From Trichodesmium erythraeum IMS101 (lineage in GTDB: Bacteria; Cyanobacteriota; Cyanobacteriia; Cyanobacteriales; Microcoleaceae): a stretch of DNA of 32,000 nt. The notes under the pieces are model-generated. The model was not told the origin of the DNA. It saw only the letters and a list, made by a program, of their open reading frames with translations, and searched no databases. The translations under genes were made by a program, and so were the position numbers. Of this stretch, positions 11,009 to 19,866 are shown in pieces. The stretch is from contig NC_008312.1 in NCBI RefSeq assembly GCF_000014265.1, positions 2,070,001-2,102,000 of the forward strand, given 5' to 3'. How positions within the stretch are numbered: the first letter of the stretch is position 1; each line of letters begins with the position of its first letter.

Positions 11009-14000
11009 TCACACTCTACAAAAGTAAGCTTCTTGGAATATTTGACCGTAAGTTTCAGTCATTTCTGCAAAGTTATTTAATGACTCCAATACATATTTAG
11101 CATTAGTAGCAAATTTATGACGTAACTCTTCATCTATCAATAAAGACGTCAAAACATTTGCTAATTCTTCTGGGTTTTCAGGAGTATAGAATAAACCGTT
11201 AATATTTGGCTTGACTTGTTCAACTATGCCAAAAACTGGAGTAGTAACTATAGGTAAACTATAAGACATTGCTTCTAATATTACTCTGGGGAAACTTTCT
11301 ATGCGAGAAGTACAAACAAATATATCTGCTGCTTGATAATATTTTGCTGTTTCTGGAGTTTCTCCTACTATTTCTACTCTTTGTTGAATTTCTTCTGGTA
11401 AGTTTTTGACAAGCTCGTGTAATTTTAAGCTGTAAAGGTTGGGGCGATCACCTACTAGAAAACATTTAATTTTTTGTCTTTCTTCTTCTGGCATAAATGA
11501 TAGGGCTCTTATTAAGTCATGTTGACCTTTCCTTTCACAGACAGTACCTAATAATAGAATAACTATTTCATCTTCTTTTACTCCTAAAACTGACCTTGCT
11601 TCTTGTCTAGACCATTTAGCGCTGGCTTTTTTTAATAATTCTAAATCTAGTCCATTATGAATGACTGTAAAATTGTGATGACTATTTAAAGGAAGATACC
11701 TATTTCGAGTAGCATCAGAAACAAAAATTATGCGATAAGGATAACGGAAACATTCTAATGCTCTGGCAGCTATCTCATTTCCAAAACGATTAAAATAAGT
11801 TTGCCAAGGTTCACTTTCATGCACATTCCAGACACTGGGAATATTTAACATTTGAGCCACATCTACCATAAAAAAATTTTCTAAAGTATTGATATACATC
11901 ACATCAATATTTAGAGATTTTATTTCTTGAGCAAAAGTAGTTAAAGCTGTATCATAAGCATGTCTTTCGTAAATATGTTCTAGAGGATTATCTTTAACAA
12001 TAACTTGAATATTTTGTTGTTGATAAATTTCTCTTAACTCCCCATCATTTACGGAAAATATTATTGGTTCAACAATTCCATCTTTTGCTAACTTTAGAGC
12101 TATTTCTAATTGATGAAGTGGGGCACCAGTTAGGTCTAAAGAATTACTACACATCAATATTTTAATTCTGGGAAAAGCTTCTTTTTGAGAAGTATAGAAG
12201 TTTTCTGTACTATAACTAATCTGATTATTTATTTCTGATTCATTTGGATAATTTTTCTCTAATGTCTGATTATTTATTTCTGACTCTTTATCAGATTTAT
12301 CGACTTTTACTTGAGTATTTATTTCCGGCTCTTTCTTAGAACTACCTGAATTCATAAAAACTTCTGGCTTTTGACTTCTGACTTCTAAATTTCTAATAAA
12401 ATATCTTCTCGGTTGAATTTGAAAACAATCACTTTCTAGAGACAAATGAGGACTATAAAACCCATCTATCATCTGAGAATATTTCCTACGATAATTTGCC
12501 TCTTCTTGAGGATTATCAGAATAACCCCGACTCGTTCCTTCCTTATGAATTAATTCAGCATCTGCACAATAAACCGAACGATAACCACTTTTTAAAAGTC
12601 GATAACCATAGTCAGCATCATTATAAGCAACAGCAAAATTTTCCTCATCAAAACCACCTAATTCTAAAAATAATTTTCGGGGAGTTAACATACAAGCTGC
12701 GGTTACTGCCGAATAATTTTTTGAAACAAACGCTTGGGAAAGATAACCCCTATTTTCACTATGTAATAATTTAAAAGCATGACCTGCTAAACCATGGTGT
12801 AAACCATGAATTACACCAGCATGTTGAATTCTTTTATCCGGATAAATCAACTTAGCACCCACCGCACCGACTCCAGGAATTTTTGCATATCCCATCATTT
12901 GACTTAACCAGTAGGGAGAAATAATTTCTGTGTCATTATTTAGAAATAGAATATACTCAGTTTTTACCTGTTCGACAGCGCGGTTGTTTATAGCAGCAAA
13001 ATTAAATTTTCCATCAGTATTTTTCATCGGAAAAACTAATATATTATCTTCCCCAGAATACAAACATTTTAAACCTGCCAAATATTCTAAAGTTTCAGGT
13101 TCATCACTTTCATTATCAATCACAAAAATTTGATAATTCTGATAGGTTGTCTTTCTCAAAGACTCCACACAAGCTTTCAATAACTTAACCTGATTTTTCG
13201 TTGGAATAATAATAGTTACTGAGTCACCTTGATCGGGAAAAGTTGGTTTAAAAATTCCTAACTTTTCCCGCACTGCCCAGTCTGGTTGATAAATATTTCC
13301 TGCCACACCTCGACGAATTAAACTTTCTTGAAGTGCTTTTTGACCTGCTAGAAAACTTTTCGGTTTTTCCCCTCCAGAAATAGCAGTCGAACCTGGAGTT
13401 GTTCGCCAATGATATAACACTAAAGGTAAATGTCCGACTTGACGAGAAATTTCTGTTGCTCTTAAAGCAAAATCATAATCTTGAGAACCTTCAAAACCAA
13501 TTCTAAATCCTCCTATTTTGTCGAAAATTTCTTTTCTCACTACACACAAATGACCTATATACATATAGGAAAGTAATAATTCTGGAGAATATTCTGGTTT
13601 AAATTGAGGGTCGAATCTTTTGCCTTCCGTACTAATTTTATCGTCATCGGAATAAAGAAAATCTATCTCTGAATTTTGACTTATATATAAAGCAACTTCC
13701 CCCAAAGCATCCGGAGTAAGTTCATCATCATTATCCAAAAAGAGAAGAAAATCTCCCGTGGCCAATTCGGCGGCGGAATTAGTCGCAGCACTAATATTGC
13801 CATTTTCAGAGCGGAATGTAAGTTTAATACGGGAATCAGTCTTAGCTCTTTCTGTCAGAATTTCCCGAATTTTCGGATTACTACTACAATCATCGGCTAT
13901 ACAAAATTCCCAATTTTGGTATACTTGATTTAGTACACTGGATATTCCCTGATGCAAAAATTTTAGAGGAGGATCATAAACTGGCATAACCACAGAAATT

Positions 14001-16984
14001 TTTGGCAAAGGAGTCCGACAACTTTCTAAACGGGATATTAAATATTGACGGGAGCGATCGCCCCAGTTATTTACTGCCAACCAAGCATCATAAACATCTA
14101 CAGTTTCTGGTAGGACAAACCCAGGGGGAAGCAATAAATCTCCCCCTTGTTTTTGCTGCTGTCTATATATTGCTAATATTTGTCGGGCAATACTAGGTAA
14201 TTCTGAAGGTAGGGGGATGATGCGACCTAATCTTTGTTTTCTTTCGGAAATTCGTTTTTGAATAGCTTGAGTAAATTTGGATAATTGCCGAAATTTATCT
14301 TTAGCTTTTTCCCAAAAACCATAACGTTTTAGTTGCAAAACTTCTGAGCAAGGAAAACCAACTATTTCCCCACTTTCCAAATATGCTTCTAAACTAACTT
14401 GCCATTTTCCGGGTGGAAGTTCAACGGTTACTTCAAAGCCACTATGGCCACTTCCTACCCAATTTGGGAAAATTTCCTCTACATCTTTCCGACGCAAACC
14501 ATAAGCGCAGTCTACAGAAATATCCCCATATTTAAGAACTAATTTGGTAATTTTCTCTTCTCGATGGCAACACCAACCAGCAAATAAAATTACTCCCTCC
14601 CTTTGTTGCCAGTTTGTGGGAGCATCAAAATTTGCTTCGACGGTAGATATTGATATGGGGTAGGTTACCAATTCATGCCACTTTCCTTTCTTTTCTTCTA
14701 CTTCAAGTATTAATTGGTAATTTCCTGGGGAAAGTTGTACAGATATTTGAAAGCCAGAATTTTGAGCAGTAGAAATATCATTATATTGTTGGGCAACATC
14801 TGGTCGTGGGATACCATACTTACCAAAAAAAACTTCGGTTCCTACTCTGGCACGAATATTTTGGATCTTGAGAATACTATTGTGGAAACACCAACCTACT
14901 ATTTCTATTTGGGAGTTGGAAATTTTCCAATTAATAGGGGAGTCGATAGAAAAAATGAAGCGCCCTCGTAAATTTTTCAGTTTCTTTTTTAGTTTTCCTT
15001 TCAAACTAAACCACTTTTCTCGTAGTTTCCAGAATTTGGAAGATTTCATCCCAGAAATTTCTGCCCTAAGCATTTCTGTTTCGTAGTGTTGAGCATCTAA
15101 TTGAGCTTGAGTTTGTTGGAGAGTGGCTTGAGTTTCTTGGAGAGTGGTTTGAGTTTCTTGGAGAGTGGTTTGAGTTTCTTGGAGAGTGGTTTGAGTTTCT
15201 TGGAGAGTGGTTTGAGTTTCTTGGAGAGTAGCTTGAGTTTCTTGGAGAGTGGCTTGAGTTTGTCCCAATACTCCTTGAGTTTGCCCTAATTCTGTTTCCA
15301 GGAATTGAATTTTATTTTGAGATTCTAATAATTTTACCTGAGTACCATCGAGTAATCTTTGAGCTTCTCCGAATTCTGTTTCTAGGAATTGAATTTTATT
15401 TTGAGATTCTAATAATTTTATCTGAGTACCATCGAGTAATCTTTGAGCTTCTCCAAATTCTGTTTCTAACAGTTGAATTTTAGTTTGAGACTCTTGTAAT
15501 TTCAGAATATTGCCATTAAGTCGTAGTGTAGTCTGACCTAACTTAGTTTCTAATATTCCAATTTTTTCCTGAGACTCTCCTAACTTAATTTGATTTCTCT
15601 CAAGTTTCATTTGACTTTGCCCAAAGTCAGTTTCTACTCCTAATAATTTTTTCTGAGATTCAGTAAATTTAATCTGAGTACCTTCTAGTTGAACTTGAGT
15701 TTTTCCTAATTCTGTTTCTAAACTAAATATTTTGACTAAAGCTTCTTTAAACCTAGTTTTTGAGTTATTAAATTGTGTCTGAGTTTGCCCTAAGTCTACT
15801 TCTAATCTAATAATTTTCTGTTGAGACTCTTGTAATTTTGTTTGATTATTTTCCAGTTGAGATTGAGTCTGCCCTAGTGTTCTTTCTAATGTGACTACTT
15901 TAGTTTGAGATGCTTGTAAATTTTTTACTTTACCTTCGAGTTGAACTTGAGTTTTACCTAATTCTATTTCTAGTAATTCTATCTTTTTACTAGACTCTTC
16001 GAGCTTAACTGACCTAATATTAATTTGTTGCTGAGTTTCACCTAATTCGGATTCTAATTTTCCTACCTTTTTTTGTGCTTCTTTAAATATTTTTTGCCAT
16101 TTTTCTACATCTGTTTCTAAACTACTAACTTGTTTTTCTAAACATCGAATATTGAACCAATCCCTAAACTCCCATAATTCTGATTCACTTTTAACCTTCG
16201 ACTCTTGGATGTTGACCTCTAAATCTCCACCTATGCCATTTTTTTCTAGTTGCTGATAAGTTTCTAATGTTTCTGGAAAATATTTTTCTATGAGACTAGG
16301 TTTATTGGTTTGGCTAATGTCTTTCACCAATAATGATTCAGCAAAAATCTCAGGAGAAGGTGCTGGTAAATTCATTTCAAATTTTTCGTTAACTGCCTGG
16401 ATAAAGCTTTCAGGATCTCTACCAATAATATCAACTTTACCTATTAAACATTTTGCTGAACATTGTTGATAAAAGTCTAATATTCTCTGATTGTAATTCA
16501 ACCACATTTTTACAGCTATTTCTGGTTGATCCAATAACTTTTTATCTGTACTTCGTCGATAAAGAGAGTCTACTACTTCCCAAGGAGAACGATAAACAAA
16601 AATAAATTTAGCATCGGGCAATAACTTTAACCAAAAGTTTAAAAATAATGTAGTCCTAGGGTCTTTCCATCCCCATATTTTGTGAGATTTTTCATTTTCT
16701 TCTTGACGATTTTTTATAAGTTTTCTTGCTATTTTTAAGTTTGGCTTCTTGACTACAATTTCTTGAGTTTCTAAGTTACTACCGAGGTCATCTATATGTT
16801 GCGACCGCAATATTTTTTTATGGAGTTCTACAAACTCAATATCTTCAAAATGCCCTCTAATATTTCCCAATTCAGGACCGAGTAATTTTTCTCCTATATT
16901 CACTCCTAAACTTTGAAATAAAGAAGCAGTTAAGGAGGTTCCTGAACGGTGCATTCCGGCAATAATCAAAGCTGTTGTTTTCAT
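11009..16984 (-). CDS. Giant multidomain glycan-assembly protein, 1991 aa. Domain order: N-terminal sulfotransferase, long repeat-built coiled coil, basic amphipathic segment, two duplicated ~100-aa modules, GT2, GT2, low-complexity linker, GT4.
   Basis: Single uninterrupted 5976-nt ORF with ATG at 16984 and AAGGAGG 8 nt upstream. The approximate domain map follows.
- Sulfotransferase at nt 16984-16235 (AGMHRSGTS P-loop; WGWKDPR...FVYRSPWEVVDS).
- Coiled coil at nt ~16190-15040.
- Duplicated modules at nt ~14960-14330.
- GT2-1 at nt ~14000-13385 (ISVVMPVYD...LFLDNDDEL).
- GT2-2 at nt ~13219-12520 (VTIIIPTKN...LFLNNDTEI).
- Linker at nt ~12400-12180.
- GT4 at nt ~12165-11012 (IKILMCSNSLDLTGAP...FPRVILEAMSYSLPIVTT). 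Confidence 0.9.
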   Translation of the reverse strand: MKTTALIIAGMHRSGTSLTASLFQSLGVNIGEKLLGPELGNIRGHFEDIEFVELHKKILRSQHIDDLGSNLETQEIVVKKPNLKIARKLIKNRQEENEKSHKIWGWKDPRTTLFLNFWLKLLPDAKFIFVYRSPWEVVDSLYRRSTDKKLLDQPEIAVKMWLNYNQRILDFYQQCSAKCLIGKVDIIGRDPESFIQAVNEKFEMNLPAPSPEIFAESLLVKDISQTNKPSLIEKYFPETLETYQQLEKNGIGGDLEVNIQESKVKSESELWEFRDWFNIRCLEKQVSSLETDVEKWQKIFKEAQKKVGKLESELGETQQQINIRSVKLEESSKKIELLEIELGKTQVQLEGKVKNLQASQTKVVTLERTLGQTQSQLENNQTKLQESQQKIIRLEVDLGQTQTQFNNSKTRFKEALVKIFSLETELGKTQVQLEGTQIKFTESQKKLLGVETDFGQSQMKLERNQIKLGESQEKIGILETKLGQTTLRLNGNILKLQESQTKIQLLETEFGEAQRLLDGTQIKLLESQNKIQFLETEFGEAQRLLDGTQVKLLESQNKIQFLETELGQTQGVLGQTQATLQETQATLQETQTTLQETQTTLQETQTTLQETQTTLQETQATLQQTQAQLDAQHYETEMLRAEISGMKSSKFWKLREKWFSLKGKLKKKLKNLRGRFIFSIDSPINWKISNSQIEIVGWCFHNSILKIQNIRARVGTEVFFGKYGIPRPDVAQQYNDISTAQNSGFQISVQLSPGNYQLILEVEEKKGKWHELVTYPISISTVEANFDAPTNWQQREGVILFAGWCCHREEKITKLVLKYGDISVDCAYGLRRKDVEEIFPNWVGSGHSGFEVTVELPPGKWQVSLEAYLESGEIVGFPCSEVLQLKRYGFWEKAKDKFRQLSKFTQAIQKRISERKQRLGRIIPLPSELPSIARQILAIYRQQQKQGGDLLLPPGFVLPETVDVYDAWLAVNNWGDRSRQYLISRLESCRTPLPKISVVMPVYDPPLKFLHQGISSVLNQVYQNWEFCIADDCSSNPKIREILTERAKTDSRIKLTFRSENGNISAATNSAAELATGDFLLFLDNDDELTPDALGEVALYISQNSEIDFLYSDDDKISTEGKRFDPQFKPEYSPELLLSYMYIGHLCVVRKEIFDKIGGFRIGFEGSQDYDFALRATEISRQVGHLPLVLYHWRTTPGSTAISGGEKPKSFLAGQKALQESLIRRGVAGNIYQPDWAVREKLGIFKPTFPDQGDSVTIIIPTKNQVKLLKACVESLRKTTYQNYQIFVIDNESDEPETLEYLAGLKCLYSGEDNILVFPMKNTDGKFNFAAINNRAVEQVKTEYILFLNNDTEIISPYWLSQMMGYAKIPGVGAVGAKLIYPDKRIQHAGVIHGLHHGLAGHAFKLLHSENRGYLSQAFVSKNYSAVTAACMLTPRKLFLELGGFDEENFAVAYNDADYGYRLLKSGYRSVYCADAELIHKEGTSRGYSDNPQEEANYRRKYSQMIDGFYSPHLSLESDCFQIQPRRYFIRNLEVRSQKPEVFMNSGSSKKEPEINTQVKVDKSDKESEINNQTLEKNYPNESEINNQISYSTENFYTSQKEAFPRIKILMCSNSLDLTGAPLHQLEIALKLAKDGIVEPIIFSVNDGELREIYQQQNIQVIVKDNPLEHIYERHAYDTALTTFAQEIKSLNIDVMYINTLENFFMVDVAQMLNIPSVWNVHESEPWQTYFNRFGNEIAARALECFRYPYRIIFVSDATRNRYLPLNSHHNFTVIHNGLDLELLKKASAKWSRQEARSVLGVKEDEIVILLLGTVCERKGQHDLIRALSFMPEEERQKIKCFLVGDRPNLYSLKLHELVKNLPEEIQQRVEIVGETPETAKYYQAADIFVCTSRIESFPRVILEAMSYSLPIVTTPVFGIVEQVKPNINGLFYTPENPEELANVLTSLLIDEELRHKFATNAKYVLESLNNFAEMTETYGQIFQEAYFCRV
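15101..15262 (-). repeat. In-frame 21-bp tandem repeat, about 7.5 units, encoding TLQETQ[TA] heptads
   Basis: Units start at 15116, 15137, 15158, 15179, 15200, 15221 and 15242, with a partial unit at 15101-15115. Units 2-5 are identical (ttggagagtggtttgagtttc on the + strand). Units 1, 6 and 7 differ by 1-2 nt. Confidence 0.95.
15288..16127 (-). repeat. In-frame 84-bp (28-codon) tandem repeat array, about 10 units, diverging progressively
   Basis: Adjacent units 15288-15371 and 15372-15455 match at 81 of 84 nt. Units further upstream are recognisable mainly at protein level (LETELGKTQVQLEG..., LERTLGQTQSQLEN..., LESELGETQQQINI...). Confidence 0.85.
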
Positions 16985-16992
16985 CTAATTTT

Positions 16993-16999
16993 CCTCCTT
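16993..16999 (-). promoter_or_regulatory. Shine-Dalgarno (AAGGAGG) for the giant CDS, inside the 19-nt spacer after the upstream gene
   Basis: The reverse complement of cctcctt at 16993-16999 lies 8 nt upstream of the ATG at 16984. The upstream CDS stop (TAA) is at 17004-17006, which implies co-transcription. Confidence 0.6.
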
Positions 17000-17003
17000 A
17001 ATA

Positions 17004-19568
17004 TTAAGCAAAGTTTGCAAAATTCCAAGATACTAATACTTCTTGTTCTGGTGGTAAAGTGATTCTATCAGTAATTACAGTTTTTAATCTGACAATTACT
17101 TCTCCTGAATATTCAGGAATTTCTATTTCTATCAAACCATAATTAGTTTTACCAAATATATTTTTATTGTTTAGTGGCAGAGTTTTTTGTACTAAAATTT
17201 CTCCATTTTTGTTATTAACAATCTCAATTTTACAGCCAATAGAATAAGTACCTAACGGTTCTATTTGTGGATAAGCTCTAAATACTTTTTGACCTTCTAT
17301 TTGAAATTTCATCTCAGTATGATATTGATGACTCTCACAGAATACTTTTTCAGATAAATTTCCAGTTTTTACATCATTAGATAAAGGTATGTTTCCTACT
17401 TGTGTTGTTAGTTGCTCCTTTGTTTGACTATCAGACAATATTTTCTCTGACAAATTTTCACCTTCTCCATTATCAGATATGAGTATTTTTTCTACTTCTA
17501 TCTCTTTTCCTACTATTTCTTCCGTAGCATTTCCCACATTTTCTGTCTTTAGAAAATTATTAATTTCTAAATTATTATTTAGGAGTTCTAAATTGATATC
17601 TCCTGTTATTTTTTTGGTAATATTTTCCGCATCTTTCTTTTTACTAAAATTATTAATGTCTGATTTCTGACTTCTTACTTCTGACTTAATATTAATAGGT
17701 TGAGCAACTAAACTTCCAGAAATTGGTTTTTGTAAAATATATAAATCTTGACCATTTGCTAAATTACTTTGAGGAAATCTTTTAATGTGTTTAAACATAG
17801 AAAATATTTCCTGGTAAGCTGTTGGTGTATGAACTGCTGCAATAGTATGTTGACCTTGACCATCTGTTTCTCCTTGATGGTCAAGATATAAAAATAATCC
17901 CTCTTCACCAATACTATACATTTCTGCTATATGAGAATTTCCACTGCGAAAAACATCATAAACTATGGGGAAAAATTGAGGTCCGTGAAGAGTCATAAAT
18001 AATATTCCACCTGGTCGTAAAACTCGATAAATATCCCACGCCCAAAGATGTTGTAAATCTAAACTTAGATGAGTAAATACTGAGATAGCATTAATTAAAT
18101 CAAACTGATTATTTTCAAAAGGTAACGGTGGCTGAATATCGTTATTTTTGACAGTGGCAAATTTAATATTTTCTTGACACCATTCAGCACATTCGGCAAA
18201 AACGTCACAACCAAATAGTTTTTGATTAGGGGAAAGTTCAGGTTCAAATGCCATTAAGTAACGCCCTACCCCACAACCAAAATCTAGTATTTTCTCAAAT
18301 TGATTAAAATTAAATCCTGCGGTTTGAAGATAACTTTTTACGGTATATCTTAGGTCATCAAATGAACTAATAAAAGCTTTGATACTCGGGTTGCCACTTA
18401 TTCTTAGTAATAGATCATTTGGTGGTATTAATGCGATGTTATGAACGGGATAAATATTAACTACTCGCTCCAAATTAAAATTATTAATAATTTTAACTAG
18501 TATAATGTCATTTGCTGATAAATTTTGAGTATTAATAGTAGATGACCATTGATATTTTTGAGTTTTATTTTCAGGCTTTGGGTAACAGCTTTCTACTTCG
18601 TTTCCATTGATTAAAAATGATATTTTTTCTACCTTTTCTTCTGGATTAATATCTGCTGCCCATCCCTCTAAATAAATATCTCCTGTAACTGTCATTTGAA
18701 TTTTTTTGCAACCTCCATCAGGATGACAATGAAAGTTTAATAATTCATCTATTTGTTCCCCAACTTGTTCCTTATTACTTCTTCTTGCTTCCTTCTTTCT
18801 GATAATATATAAGTCATGATGTCCACAAAGACCTCTTTGAATTCGATGCCATTTTGCCTTTCCCTGAGTAACTTTTTGAATTACTTTAGCTACCCATTTT
18901 TCTCCCACATAAGTAACTCCATAATCTTCAGTTTTCAGAAAAAGACTTTCACTTTCTGGAGTAAAATAAATTTCTTCTGCTTCTACGTCTGCCTCTATAG
19001 TCATTAAAGATAAATCATGAGTACTGAAGATTAATATACCATTTTCAGTCAAGCTACTATATAATTTTTCTAACCAACTAGTAAAAGTTTTTTGGGGAGT
19101 GTGACTAAAAAAAGAACAAGCAAAAATGCAGTCAAATTTTTGATTTATTTGATAGTTTTCTGGATAATTAGTTGAAACTATCCCTTCGACACCAAACTGT
19201 TGTTTTTGAAATTCTACTGCTTTGGGATAAATATCCGAAACCCATATTTTATTGTTTGGTATTTCTTGAACCAAAAACCTACTAAAACGACCATAACCAC
19301 TAGCAAAGTCTAGAAAAGAGGATATATTTTCAAATCCATCAAAATACCATTCTACAATTTGTTTTACTGCATCTAAAATTCTTTTTCCATTAGAAAAATA
19401 TCGTAGCAATGCTTCATCTTTCCTCCCGTCTGTATTTTTCAAAGCATAGAGATACATTTCATCTTGTGGATGAATTATCACGTTTATTTTGTCAGATTTT
19501 TTAGTTTGGTCTTGAATAAATTGATCTATAATTAACTTGTTATTGAAATCTATTTTTTCAGGGTTCAT
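17004..19568 (-). CDS. Double class I SAM-dependent methyltransferase, 854 aa, with a low-complexity linker and a ~130-aa C-terminal domain of unknown function
   Basis: There are two separate motif I signatures. FLDFASGYGRFSRFL lies at nt ~19282-19318, and ILDFGCGVGRYLMAF at nt ~18255-18295, each followed by methyltransferase motifs. The tracked ORF starts at a TTG (19625); the first ATG at 19568 (MNPEKIDF...) is preferred. Confidence 0.85.
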   Translation of the reverse strand: MNPEKIDFNNKLIIDQFIQDQTKKSDKINVIIHPQDEMYLYALKNTDGRKDEALLRYFSNGKRILDAVKQIVEWYFDGFENISSFLDFASGYGRFSRFLVQEIPNNKIWVSDIYPKAVEFQKQQFGVEGIVSTNYPENYQINQKFDCIFACSFFSHTPQKTFTSWLEKLYSSLTENGILIFSTHDLSLMTIEADVEAEEIYFTPESESLFLKTEDYGVTYVGEKWVAKVIQKVTQGKAKWHRIQRGLCGHHDLYIIRKKEARRSNKEQVGEQIDELLNFHCHPDGGCKKIQMTVTGDIYLEGWAADINPEEKVEKISFLINGNEVESCYPKPENKTQKYQWSSTINTQNLSANDIILVKIINNFNLERVVNIYPVHNIALIPPNDLLLRISGNPSIKAFISSFDDLRYTVKSYLQTAGFNFNQFEKILDFGCGVGRYLMAFEPELSPNQKLFGCDVFAECAEWCQENIKFATVKNNDIQPPLPFENNQFDLINAISVFTHLSLDLQHLWAWDIYRVLRPGGILFMTLHGPQFFPIVYDVFRSGNSHIAEMYSIGEEGLFLYLDHQGETDGQGQHTIAAVHTPTAYQEIFSMFKHIKRFPQSNLANGQDLYILQKPISGSLVAQPINIKSEVRSQKSDINNFSKKKDAENITKKITGDINLELLNNNLEINNFLKTENVGNATEEIVGKEIEVEKILISDNGEGENLSEKILSDSQTKEQLTTQVGNIPLSNDVKTGNLSEKVFCESHQYHTEMKFQIEGQKVFRAYPQIEPLGTYSIGCKIEIVNNKNGEILVQKTLPLNNKNIFGKTNYGLIEIEIPEYSGEVIVRLKTVITDRITLPPEQEVLVSWNFANFA

Positions 19569-19866
19569 ATTTTTATATTTTAATTTGTTTCTCTCGTTTT
19601 TTTTACCATATAAAATATCTAACAATCAAGGTTAAGGTTTAAGAAAGAGGTAGTACAATTTAAAAAAAATATTTTTATCGTAGAAGTTTTATGAACAAAC
19701 ATCTACAATTTTTAATTAATTAATGGGTAAATGTAATATTTTTCAAGTTCCTTTTAATTGGGAATAAAAAAATATTCCCTATAGGTATTTGAAGTATAAG
19801 GATTCAGTAGTTGCTACTAATAAATAATAACTGAAATAATCTGATTTTTTCTACCCTATTTCTATT

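Larger units (their letters stand above)
15040..16190 (-). other. Coiled-coil-encoding segment of the giant CDS, about 380 aa
   Basis: Heptad-regular sequence with Leu/Ile/Val at a/d-like positions. It is built from about ten 28-aa units of the form LE[TS]ELG[KQE]TQxQL......KLxESQxKIxx, followed by about seven and a half TLQETQ[TA] heptads. No Pro throughout. Confidence 0.75.

Noticed and set aside
12496-15086. + strand ORFs 12496..12774, 12930..13133, 14002..14196, 14714..14971 and 14868..15086
   Set aside because: All lie fully inside, and antisense to, the well-supported 1991-aa CDS. They are short and have odd composition.
15101-15262. Regularly spaced 21-bp repeats considered as a possible CRISPR array
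   Set aside because: The units are contiguous with no spacers, are in frame within a long CDS, and encode coiled-coil heptads. No cas genes or leader are present.
15101-15289. + strand ORF encoding MSLSLLESGLSFLESGLSFLESG... (62 aa)
   Set aside because: It is the antisense translation of the 21-bp tandem repeat inside the 1991-aa - strand gene. It has no independent start context, and its repetitive peptide is a mirror artefact.
17479-19007. + strand ORFs 17479..17670 and 18816..19007
   Set aside because: They are antisense to the double methyltransferase gene. Their Phe/Ser/Leu-rich composition is typical of reverse reading of AT-rich coding DNA.
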